Virus record (IMG/VR): IMGVR_UViG_3300010153_004489
Coordinates: 1-42,964 of that record
Reading direction: 5' to 3' (one strand)
DNA: 42,964 nt
DNA from: a virus
Taxonomy: Duplodnaviria; Caudoviricetes
In this document: positions 26,791 through 36,754 of the stretch, piece after piece
Numbering within the stretch: the stretch's first letter is position 1
How the letters are laid out: every line of letters begins with the position of its first letter
Notes under the pieces: model-generated
Told to the model about the DNA's origin: nothing
The model's input: only the letters and a program-made list of their open reading frames with translations
The model's database searches: none
Translations under genes and position numbers: made by a program

Positions 26791-27583
26791 TTATACCGGA
26801 GTTAGGTATTGGGGAGAACGTTTTAAAAGGTTTAACCATTTTGATATTATACCTTATCAAGATGTAGTAGATGCTTACATTAAAACCTCAGATGATTTAA
26901 AACCAGGCCACGAAAAGTTTGGCTGGAATGAAAGACCAATTAATTCTGATAAAGACGAGTTTAAACCCGAGGCTAATTGGAACGGATTTGATCCACTCTA
27001 CTTTAATATAGATCCTACAGAAGAGACAGTAGTGATGGCTAAAGCAGATGTTATATCAATGGATATGTCAGGAGTCGGCAATACATGGGATAAATTTATT
27101 TATCTTACTCTTCCTTACGAGTTAATTAATAAGCATATGACTAACATGCATGATAATAGTGATGTAAGTATAGCTAGAAACTTTATAAAAGAAGTAGAAG
27201 AAACTGTTGGATGGGAAGGAGATAATTGGAAAGCTGTAGAGAAAAAATATGATTACCATCACCCAGATACATCTACCTATACTGATATGTACGAAACTCA
27301 TACATGCCTTAAGTGGAAACAGGATTTCGATATAAGACAGTATATTTCTATAAAGAAAAATGGTTTATTATTTCCTGTGTGCTATAATAGTATGTACCAT
27401 ATGTTGAGAAGAGGTACTCATAGAGCAGTTTTATTGGCTATGACTAATAGTGATGTTCCTATTTTTTTACAAGTACCTAACGAAAAACATTATAAAGTAA
27501 CCACACCAGAATTTTTCGGTGGTAAAAAATTAGAAATGTGGGTTGATATTAATGATAAAAAATTAGATTTTAATTTAGTATGA
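26780..27583 (+). CDS. Hypothetical protein, paralog of the 28536 gene
   Basis: Shares FIYLTLPY and HR...SDVP.F blocks with 28536..29351. Confidence 0.6.
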   Translation: MNFNYTGVRYWGERFKRFNHFDIIPYQDVVDAYIKTSDDLKPGHEKFGWNERPINSDKDEFKPEANWNGFDPLYFNIDPTEETVVMAKADVISMDMSGVGNTWDKFIYLTLPYELINKHMTNMHDNSDVSIARNFIKEVEETVGWEGDNWKAVEKKYDYHHPDTSTYTDMYETHTCLKWKQDFDIRQYISIKKNGLLFPVCYNSMYHMLRRGTHRAVLLAMTNSDVPIFLQVPNEKHYKVTTPEFFGGKKLEMWVDINDKKLDFNLV

Positions 27584-28254
27584 AAAGTATAGGAGTAATA
27601 ATACATGCAAGAAGACAAAGTACTAGATGTCCTGATAAACATTTAAGAGATTTAGGAGACGGTAATACGTTAATAGATATAGCAATTAATAATGTTAGTA
27701 AGTTAAAAAATGTTGAAGAAAAGTATTTAGCTGCTTATGATAAAGAGTTAATTGATAGAGCTGTAGGAAAAATAGACGTTTTACATAGAGATTATGCAGC
27801 AGTTGCACCAGGCAACTGTCATCACAGTATTATGTATGATCATCTAAACGCAGTTAAATCTGATTATATTATTAATTATAACCCTTGTCAACCATTTTTA
27901 AAAGTTGAGAAGCTTCAAAAAATTATTGATTGGTTTAAAAAATCTCCTTTAGAAAGTGCTATAACCGTAAAAGAAACTAAAAACTTTTTTTGGAAAAACG
28001 ATGCTAGACCAGTTAACTTTAAACCTAATGATAGGTTATCAACTACAAGCGGACCTTTTTTATGGGAAGCTACTCATTCATTAGTAATGTATAAACGAAC
28101 TTATATGTTAGAGAACTGGGAGCTTTTTTCTAATACTTTTTCAGACCCTTACCCTTATTTGATCGATTGGAAAGAAGAAGAGTTAGTTGATGTAGATACT
28201 GAATTAGATTTCAAATTAGTAAAATTATTATATGAAAAAGAAATACGTAATTGA
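27580..28254 (+). CDS. neuA: Acylneuraminate cytidylyltransferase (CMP-nonulosonate synthetase)-like protein
   Basis: IIHARRQSTRCPDKHL, NPCQPF and VDVDTELDF. Confidence 0.8.
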   Translation: MKSIGVIIHARRQSTRCPDKHLRDLGDGNTLIDIAINNVSKLKNVEEKYLAAYDKELIDRAVGKIDVLHRDYAAVAPGNCHHSIMYDHLNAVKSDYIINYNPCQPFLKVEKLQKIIDWFKKSPLESAITVKETKNFFWKNDARPVNFKPNDRLSTTSGPFLWEATHSLVMYKRTYMLENWELFSNTFSDPYPYLIDWKEEELVDVDTELDFKLVKLLYEKEIRN

Positions 28255-28549
28255 TATAGATGATACTATCTGTATAGAGAAAGGCCCGGTAATAAGCAGA
28301 GTACCTTACCGTGACAGAATTAAAAAAGTTAATGAGCTTTATGATAAAGGTCATACTATTATTTTCTATACTGCTAGAGGTAATAAAAGCGGTAGAGGAG
28401 AGAAGTATTATAGACCAATAACCGAAGCTCAATTAGAGTCCTGGGGAGTAAAATATCACCACTTATATTTTAAACCTTTTGATGCAGATATATTTATAGA
28501 TGATAGATCTGTTCATCCAGATCAGTTTTTTGATAATGAAGATTTATAA
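28232..28549 (+). CDS. Small capless HAD phosphatase (EcbF/BcbF-like capsule biosynthesis phosphatase)
   Basis: VIDIDDTI, FYTARG and KP..D.FIDDR. Confidence 0.82.
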   Translation: MKKKYVIDIDDTICIEKGPVISRVPYRDRIKKVNELYDKGHTIIFYTARGNKSGRGEKYYRPITEAQLESWGVKYHHLYFKPFDADIFIDDRSVHPDQFFDNEDL

Positions 28550-29351
28550 AAATAATAAGGTAAAACATTGGTCTCCGTGTTTTGACGATCTTAAATCTTT
28601 TGATATATTAGATATTAAAGATATAAGTTTAAGGTACGACAAGGCTTATGAGTTTATTAGAAACGCAGATTATGATGACTATAGGTTACAATATGGAGCA
28701 ATGAGATGGGCAGATCCGATTAAAGATAACGCTTCTATGATAGTTAAAAGACATTCTAATGATTTTAAAAACTCTAAGTTTATATACATAGAATTACCTT
28801 ATCAGTTATTTGAAGATTATTTTAACACCTGGCTTTATAGAAACCCAGATCACGGTCCTACTCCTAATCCTTGGCCTGAAATAGAAAAACATATAGATAA
28901 AAATGAAGAATGGGGAAAGGAGATTGAAGCATTTAAGCATGGTTTTATAGATGAAAAAGGTAAATGGAATGGTAAGACTGTAAGAGAGTATGAAGATGTT
29001 ACTTCGTATGGAATATGGTTAACATATTTACTTTATGGTTTAGGAACACCGGTATTTAATAATGGAAATTATTTCCCTAAAAGAAATAGTCATAGAATGG
29101 CATTTTGTTATAAAAATAAAAGTGATGTACCTTTCTTTTATCCAATACAGGATAATAGTAATTTTAATTTAGAGTTTATTCCGTTTAGTTTAAATCCTGA
29201 AGTAAGCGGATATGATCATGAAGACTTTAAACCAGGTGCTGAACTTGAATACTATTTCAAGGATATTAAAAAAGCAGAAGTAAGTATAGAGAATAAAGAA
29301 ATTACTTTTTATAATAAAGACAATAATAGTATAGCTAAATATATAAAATGA
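28536..29351 (+). CDS. Hypothetical protein, paralog of the 26780 gene
   Basis: FIYIELPY and SHR...SDVPFF; ATG 28536 preferred to 28500 because the overlap is shorter. Confidence 0.6.
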   Translation: MKIYKNNKVKHWSPCFDDLKSFDILDIKDISLRYDKAYEFIRNADYDDYRLQYGAMRWADPIKDNASMIVKRHSNDFKNSKFIYIELPYQLFEDYFNTWLYRNPDHGPTPNPWPEIEKHIDKNEEWGKEIEAFKHGFIDEKGKWNGKTVREYEDVTSYGIWLTYLLYGLGTPVFNNGNYFPKRNSHRMAFCYKNKSDVPFFYPIQDNSNFNLEFIPFSLNPEVSGYDHEDFKPGAELEYYFKDIKKAEVSIENKEITFYNKDNNSIAKYIK

Positions 29352-30985
29352 AACAGTTTTTTAACATAGTATTACCGATGGCAGGTAAAGGATCAAGGTT
29401 CAGAAAAAATGGATATAAAGAATCTAAACCGTTTATAGATATTAATGGACGGTATATGATTGAACATGTAATCCAGAACTTAGGAATTCAGTTTGATAGT
29501 AATTTTAAGTTTATTATTATATGTCAAAAAAGTGATTTTGATAAATATGATTTTAGTTTTATTAATAAGTTGATAGGACACGATAATGTTGAAGTTATTA
29601 CTTTAGATAAAACAACAGAAGGAGCAGCTTGTACTTTACTTACCGCCAGAGAGTTTATAGATAATAAAGTCCCTCTATTAAGTTTTAACTCTGATCAAAT
29701 GATTGATTATGATGCTAATGAAACTTTTAGTAGAATGAGTCTACACGATGGTGGTATGCCTTGTTTTTATGGTGAAAGCGAAGATTGGAGTTATGCTAAA
29801 ACAGATAAAGATGGGTATGTACTAGAAGTAGCAGAGAAGAAAAAAATATCTAATGATGCAACAGCTGGTTACTATTATTGGAGTAGAGGATCTGACTATG
29901 TCAAATACGCAGATCAAATGATTGCTGCAAATGATAGAATAAATAACGAATTTTATGTAGCTCCAGTTTATAATTATGCTGTTAAGGATGGTAAAAAGAT
30001 AGTTATTACTCATGTTGATAAAGTATATGAATTAGGAACACCTCAATGGATAGAAGAATATGCAACCGAGCATTTAAGATTTGCAAATGAAAAAGATTTC
30101 GATAGAGGTATATTTTATGAAACTCCTGAAAATGGACTTTTTGAAGTAAAATGGCCAAAAGGCAATCTTAGGTACCAATGGGAGTATAAAGATGGAATAA
30201 GAGCAGATGGTATATCTAAAAGCTGGAGACCAGATGGAAGTGTTAAGTACAAAACTTACTGGAGAGACGGTAAAGAATATAAAAGAGAATTGATTAGAAA
30301 AAAAAGAGTAGCTATATGTTTTTGGGGTCAAACTAGAACGTATAGTACTTTAGAAAATTATTATAGTTTACATCATGATAATATACAATTCGATTATTTT
30401 ATAAGTACATGGGATGATTTTAAAGATAAGTCTCCATTCGATAAATGTACTAAGAAAGAATTTATAGATCCTGATGTAACTAAGTTTAAAAATCATACTG
30501 ATAGAGCTACATATTTAATTCACAGAGTAAATAATTTAAAATCAAAATATGAATTAGATAATGGATTTGTATACGATTATATATTATGGACTAGAAGTGA
30601 AATATTATTTCAGAATGATCAACTACTTAATTTTATAGTAAGTAAGTTAGATTTTACTAAATACGATGAACCTAATCATACACCTTTTGAAGTAAATACC
30701 TTAACTGAATTAAGAGTAGAACCAGATCCAAACGATAGTAATGAAGTAGTAGATAGAATAGATGCTGATTACTCCTTTTTTGGTACATCTTTAGCATTCG
30801 ATTTATACTCTTCAATATGGAAGTACTACTTTAAGAGTTATAAATGTGATAATTTAGTTCAAAAAGGATTTGGAGGACATCATGCTCATGCGTTAGCTAT
30901 CAAAAAATTTAATCTAGAACATAAACTTACTGGTAAAATTGCTCACAAAGGTCAATTTTTTAAATTGCAAAAGAAAGAAGTATGA
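29348..30985 (+). CDS. Fusion of sugar-phosphate nucleotidyltransferase-like domain, MORN-like repeats and a GT-like (VAICFWGQTR) domain
   Basis: LPMAGKGSRF..KP, EGAACT, NSDQ, VAEK, NNEFYVAPVYN, LGTP; then W..GNLRY..EYKDG..DG....W..DG; then RVAICFWGQTR...YDYILWTRSE. Confidence 0.8.
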   Translation: MKQFFNIVLPMAGKGSRFRKNGYKESKPFIDINGRYMIEHVIQNLGIQFDSNFKFIIICQKSDFDKYDFSFINKLIGHDNVEVITLDKTTEGAACTLLTAREFIDNKVPLLSFNSDQMIDYDANETFSRMSLHDGGMPCFYGESEDWSYAKTDKDGYVLEVAEKKKISNDATAGYYYWSRGSDYVKYADQMIAANDRINNEFYVAPVYNYAVKDGKKIVITHVDKVYELGTPQWIEEYATEHLRFANEKDFDRGIFYETPENGLFEVKWPKGNLRYQWEYKDGIRADGISKSWRPDGSVKYKTYWRDGKEYKRELIRKKRVAICFWGQTRTYSTLENYYSLHHDNIQFDYFISTWDDFKDKSPFDKCTKKEFIDPDVTKFKNHTDRATYLIHRVNNLKSKYELDNGFVYDYILWTRSEILFQNDQLLNFIVSKLDFTKYDEPNHTPFEVNTLTELRVEPDPNDSNEVVDRIDADYSFFGTSLAFDLYSSIWKYYFKSYKCDNLVQKGFGGHHAHALAIKKFNLEHKLTGKIAHKGQFFKLQKKEV

Positions 30986-31905
30986 CAAAACCTATAACAT
31001 ATGCTTATTTAGAGACTACAAACTACTGTAATCTTCAATGTTCATTCTGTAATAGACACGAAGTAATAGGAGCATTACAACATATGCCTTTATCTAAGTT
31101 TAGAAAAATGTTGGAAGGACTTAAACACCATCCTATTAATGAAGCTAAACTTATGGGAATGGGAGAACCAATGCTTCACCCTCAATTTGATGAAATATGT
31201 AAAACTTTCAAAGAGTTTTTTCCTGATGCATTTTTAATAGTAGCAACAAACTGTCAATATCCTATAAAACCTCATACTAAAATGGGTATCAAATTCCAGA
31301 ATTGTATGAAGTATATAGATTTACTATATTTTAGTATAGACGGATATAAGGAATCTTACGAAAGAGATAGATCACCTGCTAAATGGGGAAAATTAATATC
31401 GTTTTTAGATAACTTCCAGTATATGGATAGACATAAGTGTAGAGTTACCTGTAACTACGTAGTAAATCCACAAAATGTTTACGATATTCCGTTGATACAG
31501 GAAAGAATAGTAGAGACTTATGGGTTAGAAGAGTTAAGATTAAACATAGCACAAGATTGGTCTGAAGATAAATCTATGCCTGGTGGCTATTCTGAAAAAG
31601 ATTTACTATATTTAAAGAATAACTGGAAGGATAGTATAAAAGGAAAATCCGATTGGGAATTCCCAGATTGCTTCTGGGTAAAGAATGGTATATATACTAC
31701 AGTTGAAGGACACATTAAAATGTGCTGTCTTAATACTGGAGCTAAACCTTTCGGAAATTTATTTGAAAATACCATAGATGAAATTAGAGAGAGTGAAGAT
31801 TACTTAAATGTAAAATATGGGTGCTCATCGAACAAACCCACTTCTCATTGTAAAAACTGTTCGTATAAAGAGTTAACACCTATGTTATCTTTAATTAGAA
31901 ATTAA
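30982..31905 (+). CDS. Radical SAM/SPASM domain protein
   Basis: CNLQCSFC, GMGEP, and C-terminal C...MCC...GN...C..C. Confidence 0.9.
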   Translation: MTKPITYAYLETTNYCNLQCSFCNRHEVIGALQHMPLSKFRKMLEGLKHHPINEAKLMGMGEPMLHPQFDEICKTFKEFFPDAFLIVATNCQYPIKPHTKMGIKFQNCMKYIDLLYFSIDGYKESYERDRSPAKWGKLISFLDNFQYMDRHKCRVTCNYVVNPQNVYDIPLIQERIVETYGLEELRLNIAQDWSEDKSMPGGYSEKDLLYLKNNWKDSIKGKSDWEFPDCFWVKNGIYTTVEGHIKMCCLNTGAKPFGNLFENTIDEIRESEDYLNVKYGCSSNKPTSHCKNCSYKELTPMLSLIRN

Positions 31906-31908
31906 GTT

Positions 31909-32928
31909 ATGGAAAAAATAAAATTTAACACAAGATCAGAAAAAATATTAGTAACCGCAGGATGCTCTCATACACAAGGATCTGCTTTTCTTAAATCTAA
32001 TTACTTTAATTCTAAAACAGGTATAAGAAATAAAAAAGGAGAAAAGCTATATGAATTTGCATCTTATAAACTTAAACAAAAATACGGTAAAGAATTTACA
32101 ACATCAGAATGGTTATCTAAAAATTTAACCTGGGGCGGTAAATTAGCTAAAATACTTAAAACCGATAATGTTTATAATTTTGGTTTAGGAGGACTTGGTA
32201 TAGATGGAGTTTGTAGGTCTATATACAATTACACAAAAGATATTGTTTCTTTAAAAGACCATCTCTTTGTAATTCAAGTACCATCTCCTGATAGACAAGA
32301 GATAATAGCTAACGAATACAAGGTACACCAAAGAGTAAATGATCAACTTGTTGAAGATAAATGGGGGTTAACTAATATTAAGCATTATGCGAATCTATAT
32401 GGAGATAAATTCGGTTTTGCTAATGATCAAGATTTTAAAAAAGAATATTACTTAAGACATTATAATGCTAAATTTGTCCAATCAATATCTTTAAAGCAAT
32501 TAGTATTACTACAGCAGTATATTGAAAGTAAAGGAGGGCATGTAAGAATGTTTATTAAACCTTTTACTAATCTTATACCTTTAGAAATAAGCGATGAAGA
32601 AGAATATGGTAAGTTATACCATAATTATGAAGGTATATCATTTCATAGTGAAGAAATAAAACACTTATCATTTAAAGAGATATATGATACACTAAATATT
32701 ATTAATTTACAAGATTTAGCAAAATATAGAATTAAAGCTAAATGTCAGAAACAATGGACGTTACATAGCGACGGTACTTTAATAGGAGATCATCATTACA
32801 ACGAATTAGGTAATCAAGCACTAGCTCAATGTATCTACAATAATTTTGAAAATAAAGAACTTCCTTACGTTTACCAAAATACTGAAAAAAAAGAAGGTAA
32901 GGAGGTACTAGGTAAATCTTTATTTTAA
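31909..32928 (+). CDS. SGNH/GDSL-like protein
   Basis: TAGCSHTQG, N.G.GG.G and GDHHYNELGNQ. Confidence 0.65.
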   Translation: MEKIKFNTRSEKILVTAGCSHTQGSAFLKSNYFNSKTGIRNKKGEKLYEFASYKLKQKYGKEFTTSEWLSKNLTWGGKLAKILKTDNVYNFGLGGLGIDGVCRSIYNYTKDIVSLKDHLFVIQVPSPDRQEIIANEYKVHQRVNDQLVEDKWGLTNIKHYANLYGDKFGFANDQDFKKEYYLRHYNAKFVQSISLKQLVLLQQYIESKGGHVRMFIKPFTNLIPLEISDEEEYGKLYHNYEGISFHSEEIKHLSFKEIYDTLNIINLQDLAKYRIKAKCQKQWTLHSDGTLIGDHHYNELGNQALAQCIYNNFENKELPYVYQNTEKKEGKEVLGKSLF

Positions 32929-33947
32929 TGAAAAGCTATTTAAAAAATATTATAAGAAAAGTAGGACAGGAAGATAAAAGTAAGTACGAAATTAATCTTA
33001 CTCAAAACGAAAGAAATAGTAGTTTACCTGAAACCCTATTTAACAAGTTTAAGGATAGTATAACTGAAAAAGACTTATTCTTTTACCCTAATACATCTAT
33101 TCTAAAAGAGAAAATTAGTGATTACCACGGACTACAGCCTGATAATATTATGCTTACCCCAGGTTCAGATATTGGTATAAAAACCTTATTTGAAGTATTT
33201 GATGTTAAAGATAAAAACATTATAAGTACTAATTTTTGTTTTCCTATGTACGATGTATATAGCAGACTTTATCAAACTGAATTAAGAAAAGCCAGATATA
33301 CTAATACTACGTTTAATATAAGAAACCTATATGATAAAATTGATAAAGATACACAGTTTATCATATTAGCTAACCCTAATTCCCCAGTAGGCGACTATTA
33401 TGACTTTAAAAAAATAGAAAAGCTTTTAGATACAGGTATTTACGTAATAATAGATGAAGCATATCAAGAATTTACTGGGAAAGAAAGTTTTGTTTCGAAA
33501 GTTAATAAGTATAAAAATTTAATTGTATTAAAAACTTTTTCAAAAGCTTATGGAGCTGCTGGATGCAGAGTTGGTTATATTGCAAGTCATAAAGATAATA
33601 TTGATATAATAAGTAAATTTAGATTTATGTACGAGGTTTCTAGTATAGGGATGAAGTATGCTGAATTTATTTTAGATAATATTGATTACTTTAATAGATA
33701 TATAGATAAAACTATTGAATTAAAAAATAAGACGATAAAAAAACTTTCTATGAAAACTATTAAACTTATAGATACTTCAGCAAGTTGGTTTTTTATAGAG
33801 ACTAGTCGTAAAATAGAAAGAATATTTGATAAAAATAAAGTAAGTTATAGATTTTGTGAACTACCGGTTAAAGGTAAATTTATAAAAGTTAACTATGATT
33901 TAATTTTAAAAGATTCTCAACTTATAAAAGATTTACTTAATGTATAA
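32928..33947 (+). CDS. PLP-dependent aminotransferase class I/II (HisC/CobD-like)
   Basis: NE, YP, PGSD, ANPNSPVG, IIDEAY and KTFSKAYGAAGCRVGY. Confidence 0.88.
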   Translation: MKSYLKNIIRKVGQEDKSKYEINLTQNERNSSLPETLFNKFKDSITEKDLFFYPNTSILKEKISDYHGLQPDNIMLTPGSDIGIKTLFEVFDVKDKNIISTNFCFPMYDVYSRLYQTELRKARYTNTTFNIRNLYDKIDKDTQFIILANPNSPVGDYYDFKKIEKLLDTGIYVIIDEAYQEFTGKESFVSKVNKYKNLIVLKTFSKAYGAAGCRVGYIASHKDNIDIISKFRFMYEVSSIGMKYAEFILDNIDYFNRYIDKTIELKNKTIKKLSMKTIKLIDTSASWFFIETSRKIERIFDKNKVSYRFCELPVKGKFIKVNYDLILKDSQLIKDLLNV

Positions 33948-35346
33948 TTATAGTGAAAAGAGTAAGGAGATTATGGAATACGTTCTCAAAGAGAGTGATG
34001 TATACCATATAACTGAATTACCTATTAGTTTTGCAGCTTTAGATGTTAGTTGCCAAAAAAATGATCCTGGTTTTCTTTCATTTCAGTGGTTATACGATAG
34101 ATTAGGTTTTTTTAATGGAATAATTACATACAATTCATTTATTAAAAGAATATTAGAGTTTCAACAATATGGAGACTACTTAAAATCTTTAAGACAGAGG
34201 TTTAATATAACTCATGAAATGATTAACTGCAACCTTGACAGCAACCTTCCAGTACATATATCAGTTTCTAAAAGAAAAGATTCATCTGAAGAAATAGAAT
34301 TAGACCTAAATTTAACCTCAGCCAAAGAATTTGCAGTTACTATACATCCTGGTCAAACAAGGGCACAAGGTAGTGTGTTTTTAAGAGATCCACTTAAAAA
34401 TGTTATTTTATATATTAATAAGGAACAAAAGATAAAATTAAAAGATTATAGTTTTATAAAAAAAATAGAAACTATAGAAGATTTACTACCAATATATAAG
34501 GTTGATAACACATTAAGTACTAATAAAACCGGTACTATAGATTTTTATATGCCTGGTAGAGAGCATATTAAAGATATAAATAAAGGTTTAAAAAAACATA
34601 TTCAAAATAATACTCATATTTTAAAAGCAAATGGTATATATTCTGAAAATGAAAAAAAGGAAAAGATTAGTCTACATTCTAGTACGCTTTATTTACCTAA
34701 AACATTTACTACAATGAATAGTTTTAGTAGAATATTTTTTAATAACGATATAAACCTATATACTAATAATAAAGAAGAAGTAAAAGGTATTATAGAACAA
34801 GGAAGAATGCAAATTTTATCTAGGGTAGTGAAAGATGAATATGGTATAAAGTACTTTTTAGATGCTACAAGAACAGCATCTCAAGACTTAAAAGAACCTG
34901 AACTAAATGGAGGTACAACTTGGGGGAGATGGGCTTCTTTAGGTAAACGTAATCATGATTTTATTCATCATAACTTAACCAATGAAGAAAGTATAATATC
35001 AGAAGTAGCGAACGTAATAATTGGACTAGAAGGTAAACCAAAACAAAAATTTTCTGGATTCATTTTACGTACTCCATTTGAAACTAAAATAGACGATTTT
35101 AAAGGAATGGTAAAGCTTAATGATTATCGAGGATTTTGTATTACTTTAGATACTAAGAAACTTAAAAAGGGTATTAATAGAGATATATACGAACTTTTTT
35201 TCTGTATTCCTTCTACTTTTTCAATCGCAAAAACTAAAAACAATAGTATATCTATAATTAACTGTGAACATGAATACTGGAAAACAGAGCAAAATTATAA
35301 GGAGTATATTATAAATAATGAATTTTTTCAAGAATGGCAACAATAG
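33940..35346 (+). CDS. Hypothetical protein (468 aa)
   Basis: Long ORF overlapping both neighbours; no confident family assignment. Confidence 0.6.
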   Translation: MYNYSEKSKEIMEYVLKESDVYHITELPISFAALDVSCQKNDPGFLSFQWLYDRLGFFNGIITYNSFIKRILEFQQYGDYLKSLRQRFNITHEMINCNLDSNLPVHISVSKRKDSSEEIELDLNLTSAKEFAVTIHPGQTRAQGSVFLRDPLKNVILYINKEQKIKLKDYSFIKKIETIEDLLPIYKVDNTLSTNKTGTIDFYMPGREHIKDINKGLKKHIQNNTHILKANGIYSENEKKEKISLHSSTLYLPKTFTTMNSFSRIFFNNDINLYTNNKEEVKGIIEQGRMQILSRVVKDEYGIKYFLDATRTASQDLKEPELNGGTTWGRWASLGKRNHDFIHHNLTNEESIISEVANVIIGLEGKPKQKFSGFILRTPFETKIDDFKGMVKLNDYRGFCITLDTKKLKKGINRDIYELFFCIPSTFSIAKTKNNSISIINCEHEYWKTEQNYKEYIINNEFFQEWQQ

Positions 35347-36164
35347 GTTTTTTAACTCCATATAAGCATCTTCCTAATTTTTGCAAATCTATCAAAGGTA
35401 GGTTTAAAGATTTAAATTTAAGAGACATAAAGAGAAATGATATCAAAATATTTCAAGGAATCGATTATTTATTTGCTGCTCCGAATTATTTAAATTATAT
35501 TTTAGAAGAAGAAGATATTGAAGGTATGAATTTAAAAGGTATTATTTCTCCATCAACAGGTATAAATCATATCAATATAACATCTAAACCAGTATACAGC
35601 ATAAAAAATGACTCTATACTTGAAGAAATAACTTCGACTGCTGAACATAATTTATTTTTAATACTATCATTAGTAAGAAACTCTAATAAAATAGAAGAAC
35701 TCAGTACTAAGACTTTAGGTATTTTAGGGTATGGAAGATTAGGAAAAATGCTATATAGTATATGTGAAAATATATTTAAGGATATAAAAATTAGTGATGA
35801 TAGCTACACAGATGATGATTTTTTTGAAAAAACTGATATTTTAAGTATTAATATAAACTTAGAAGATAGAAATATAGATTATATTAATAAAGAATATATT
35901 AATAAATTTAAAAAAAATATTCTGATTGTGAATACTGCTAGAGGAGAAGTTGTTAATGAAGATGATATATTAGATACTATTACCGAAGGAAAAGTATTAG
36001 GCTACGGTACTGATGTAATAAAAGAAGAACATACACCTAAAGCAACTAATTTAAAAATAACATCAGACCCTAGGATTATTAGAACTCCTCATGTAGGAGG
36101 TACAGCAATTAGTGCTCAAGAAAAAGCATATAGTAGGGTAATAGAAAAAATAGATAAAATATGA
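35334..36164 (+). CDS. D-isomer-specific 2-hydroxyacid dehydrogenase (SerA-like)
   Basis: STGINHI, STAEH, GILGYGRLG, VNTARGEVV, DV..EE and TPHVGG. Confidence 0.88.
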   Translation: MATIGFLTPYKHLPNFCKSIKGRFKDLNLRDIKRNDIKIFQGIDYLFAAPNYLNYILEEEDIEGMNLKGIISPSTGINHINITSKPVYSIKNDSILEEITSTAEHNLFLILSLVRNSNKIEELSTKTLGILGYGRLGKMLYSICENIFKDIKISDDSYTDDDFFEKTDILSININLEDRNIDYINKEYINKFKKNILIVNTARGEVVNEDDILDTITEGKVLGYGTDVIKEEHTPKATNLKITSDPRIIRTPHVGGTAISAQEKAYSRVIEKIDKI

Positions 36165-36754
36165 CTAATCAACAACGTATAACATTTGATTTTATTTTTA
36201 ATAGTATAAATTATAATCTATACAAAACAATAATAGGTAGAGACGGAAAGTATTTTTCAGCTATAAGTCATATAATAGCGAATAAACCTAAGTTAATTCT
36301 TGAATATGGAGGAGGTCAGAGTACATTTATTTTAAGTACATTACTAAAAGAGTTGAATTACGGCGGTAAAATAATAAGTTTCGAAGATTCAAAAGAGTAT
36401 TATAATGAACATGTAACTGAAGGATATAATGTTGACAATAATATAATTTATACTCCCCACTGTAAAATAGACGAAAAATATTTTACATATATACATGATT
36501 TAGAACCTTACAAAGATGTAGACTTTATTATAATAGATGGACCAGATAATAGAATTAGTAAAACCAATGTAACTTTAAACCTAGAATTATTTGTTGATTA
36601 TTTAGACAAAGAAATACCTTATTTTATGGATGGAAGAGGAGGATCTGTAGACTATTATAAGAAAATAAAAGGATATAAACTAGAAGTAGTTGATATAAAA
36701 AGAGAACAAACATTTCAAGGACTGTTAAAAGAATATAATGAAAATAATATCTGA
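36161..36754 (+). CDS. Class I SAM-dependent methyltransferase-like protein
   Basis: ILEYGGGQST, ISFE and DFIIIDGP. Confidence 0.7.
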   Translation: MTNQQRITFDFIFNSINYNLYKTIIGRDGKYFSAISHIIANKPKLILEYGGGQSTFILSTLLKELNYGGKIISFEDSKEYYNEHVTEGYNVDNNIIYTPHCKIDEKYFTYIHDLEPYKDVDFIIIDGPDNRISKTNVTLNLELFVDYLDKEIPYFMDGRGGSVDYYKKIKGYKLEVVDIKREQTFQGLLKEYNENNI

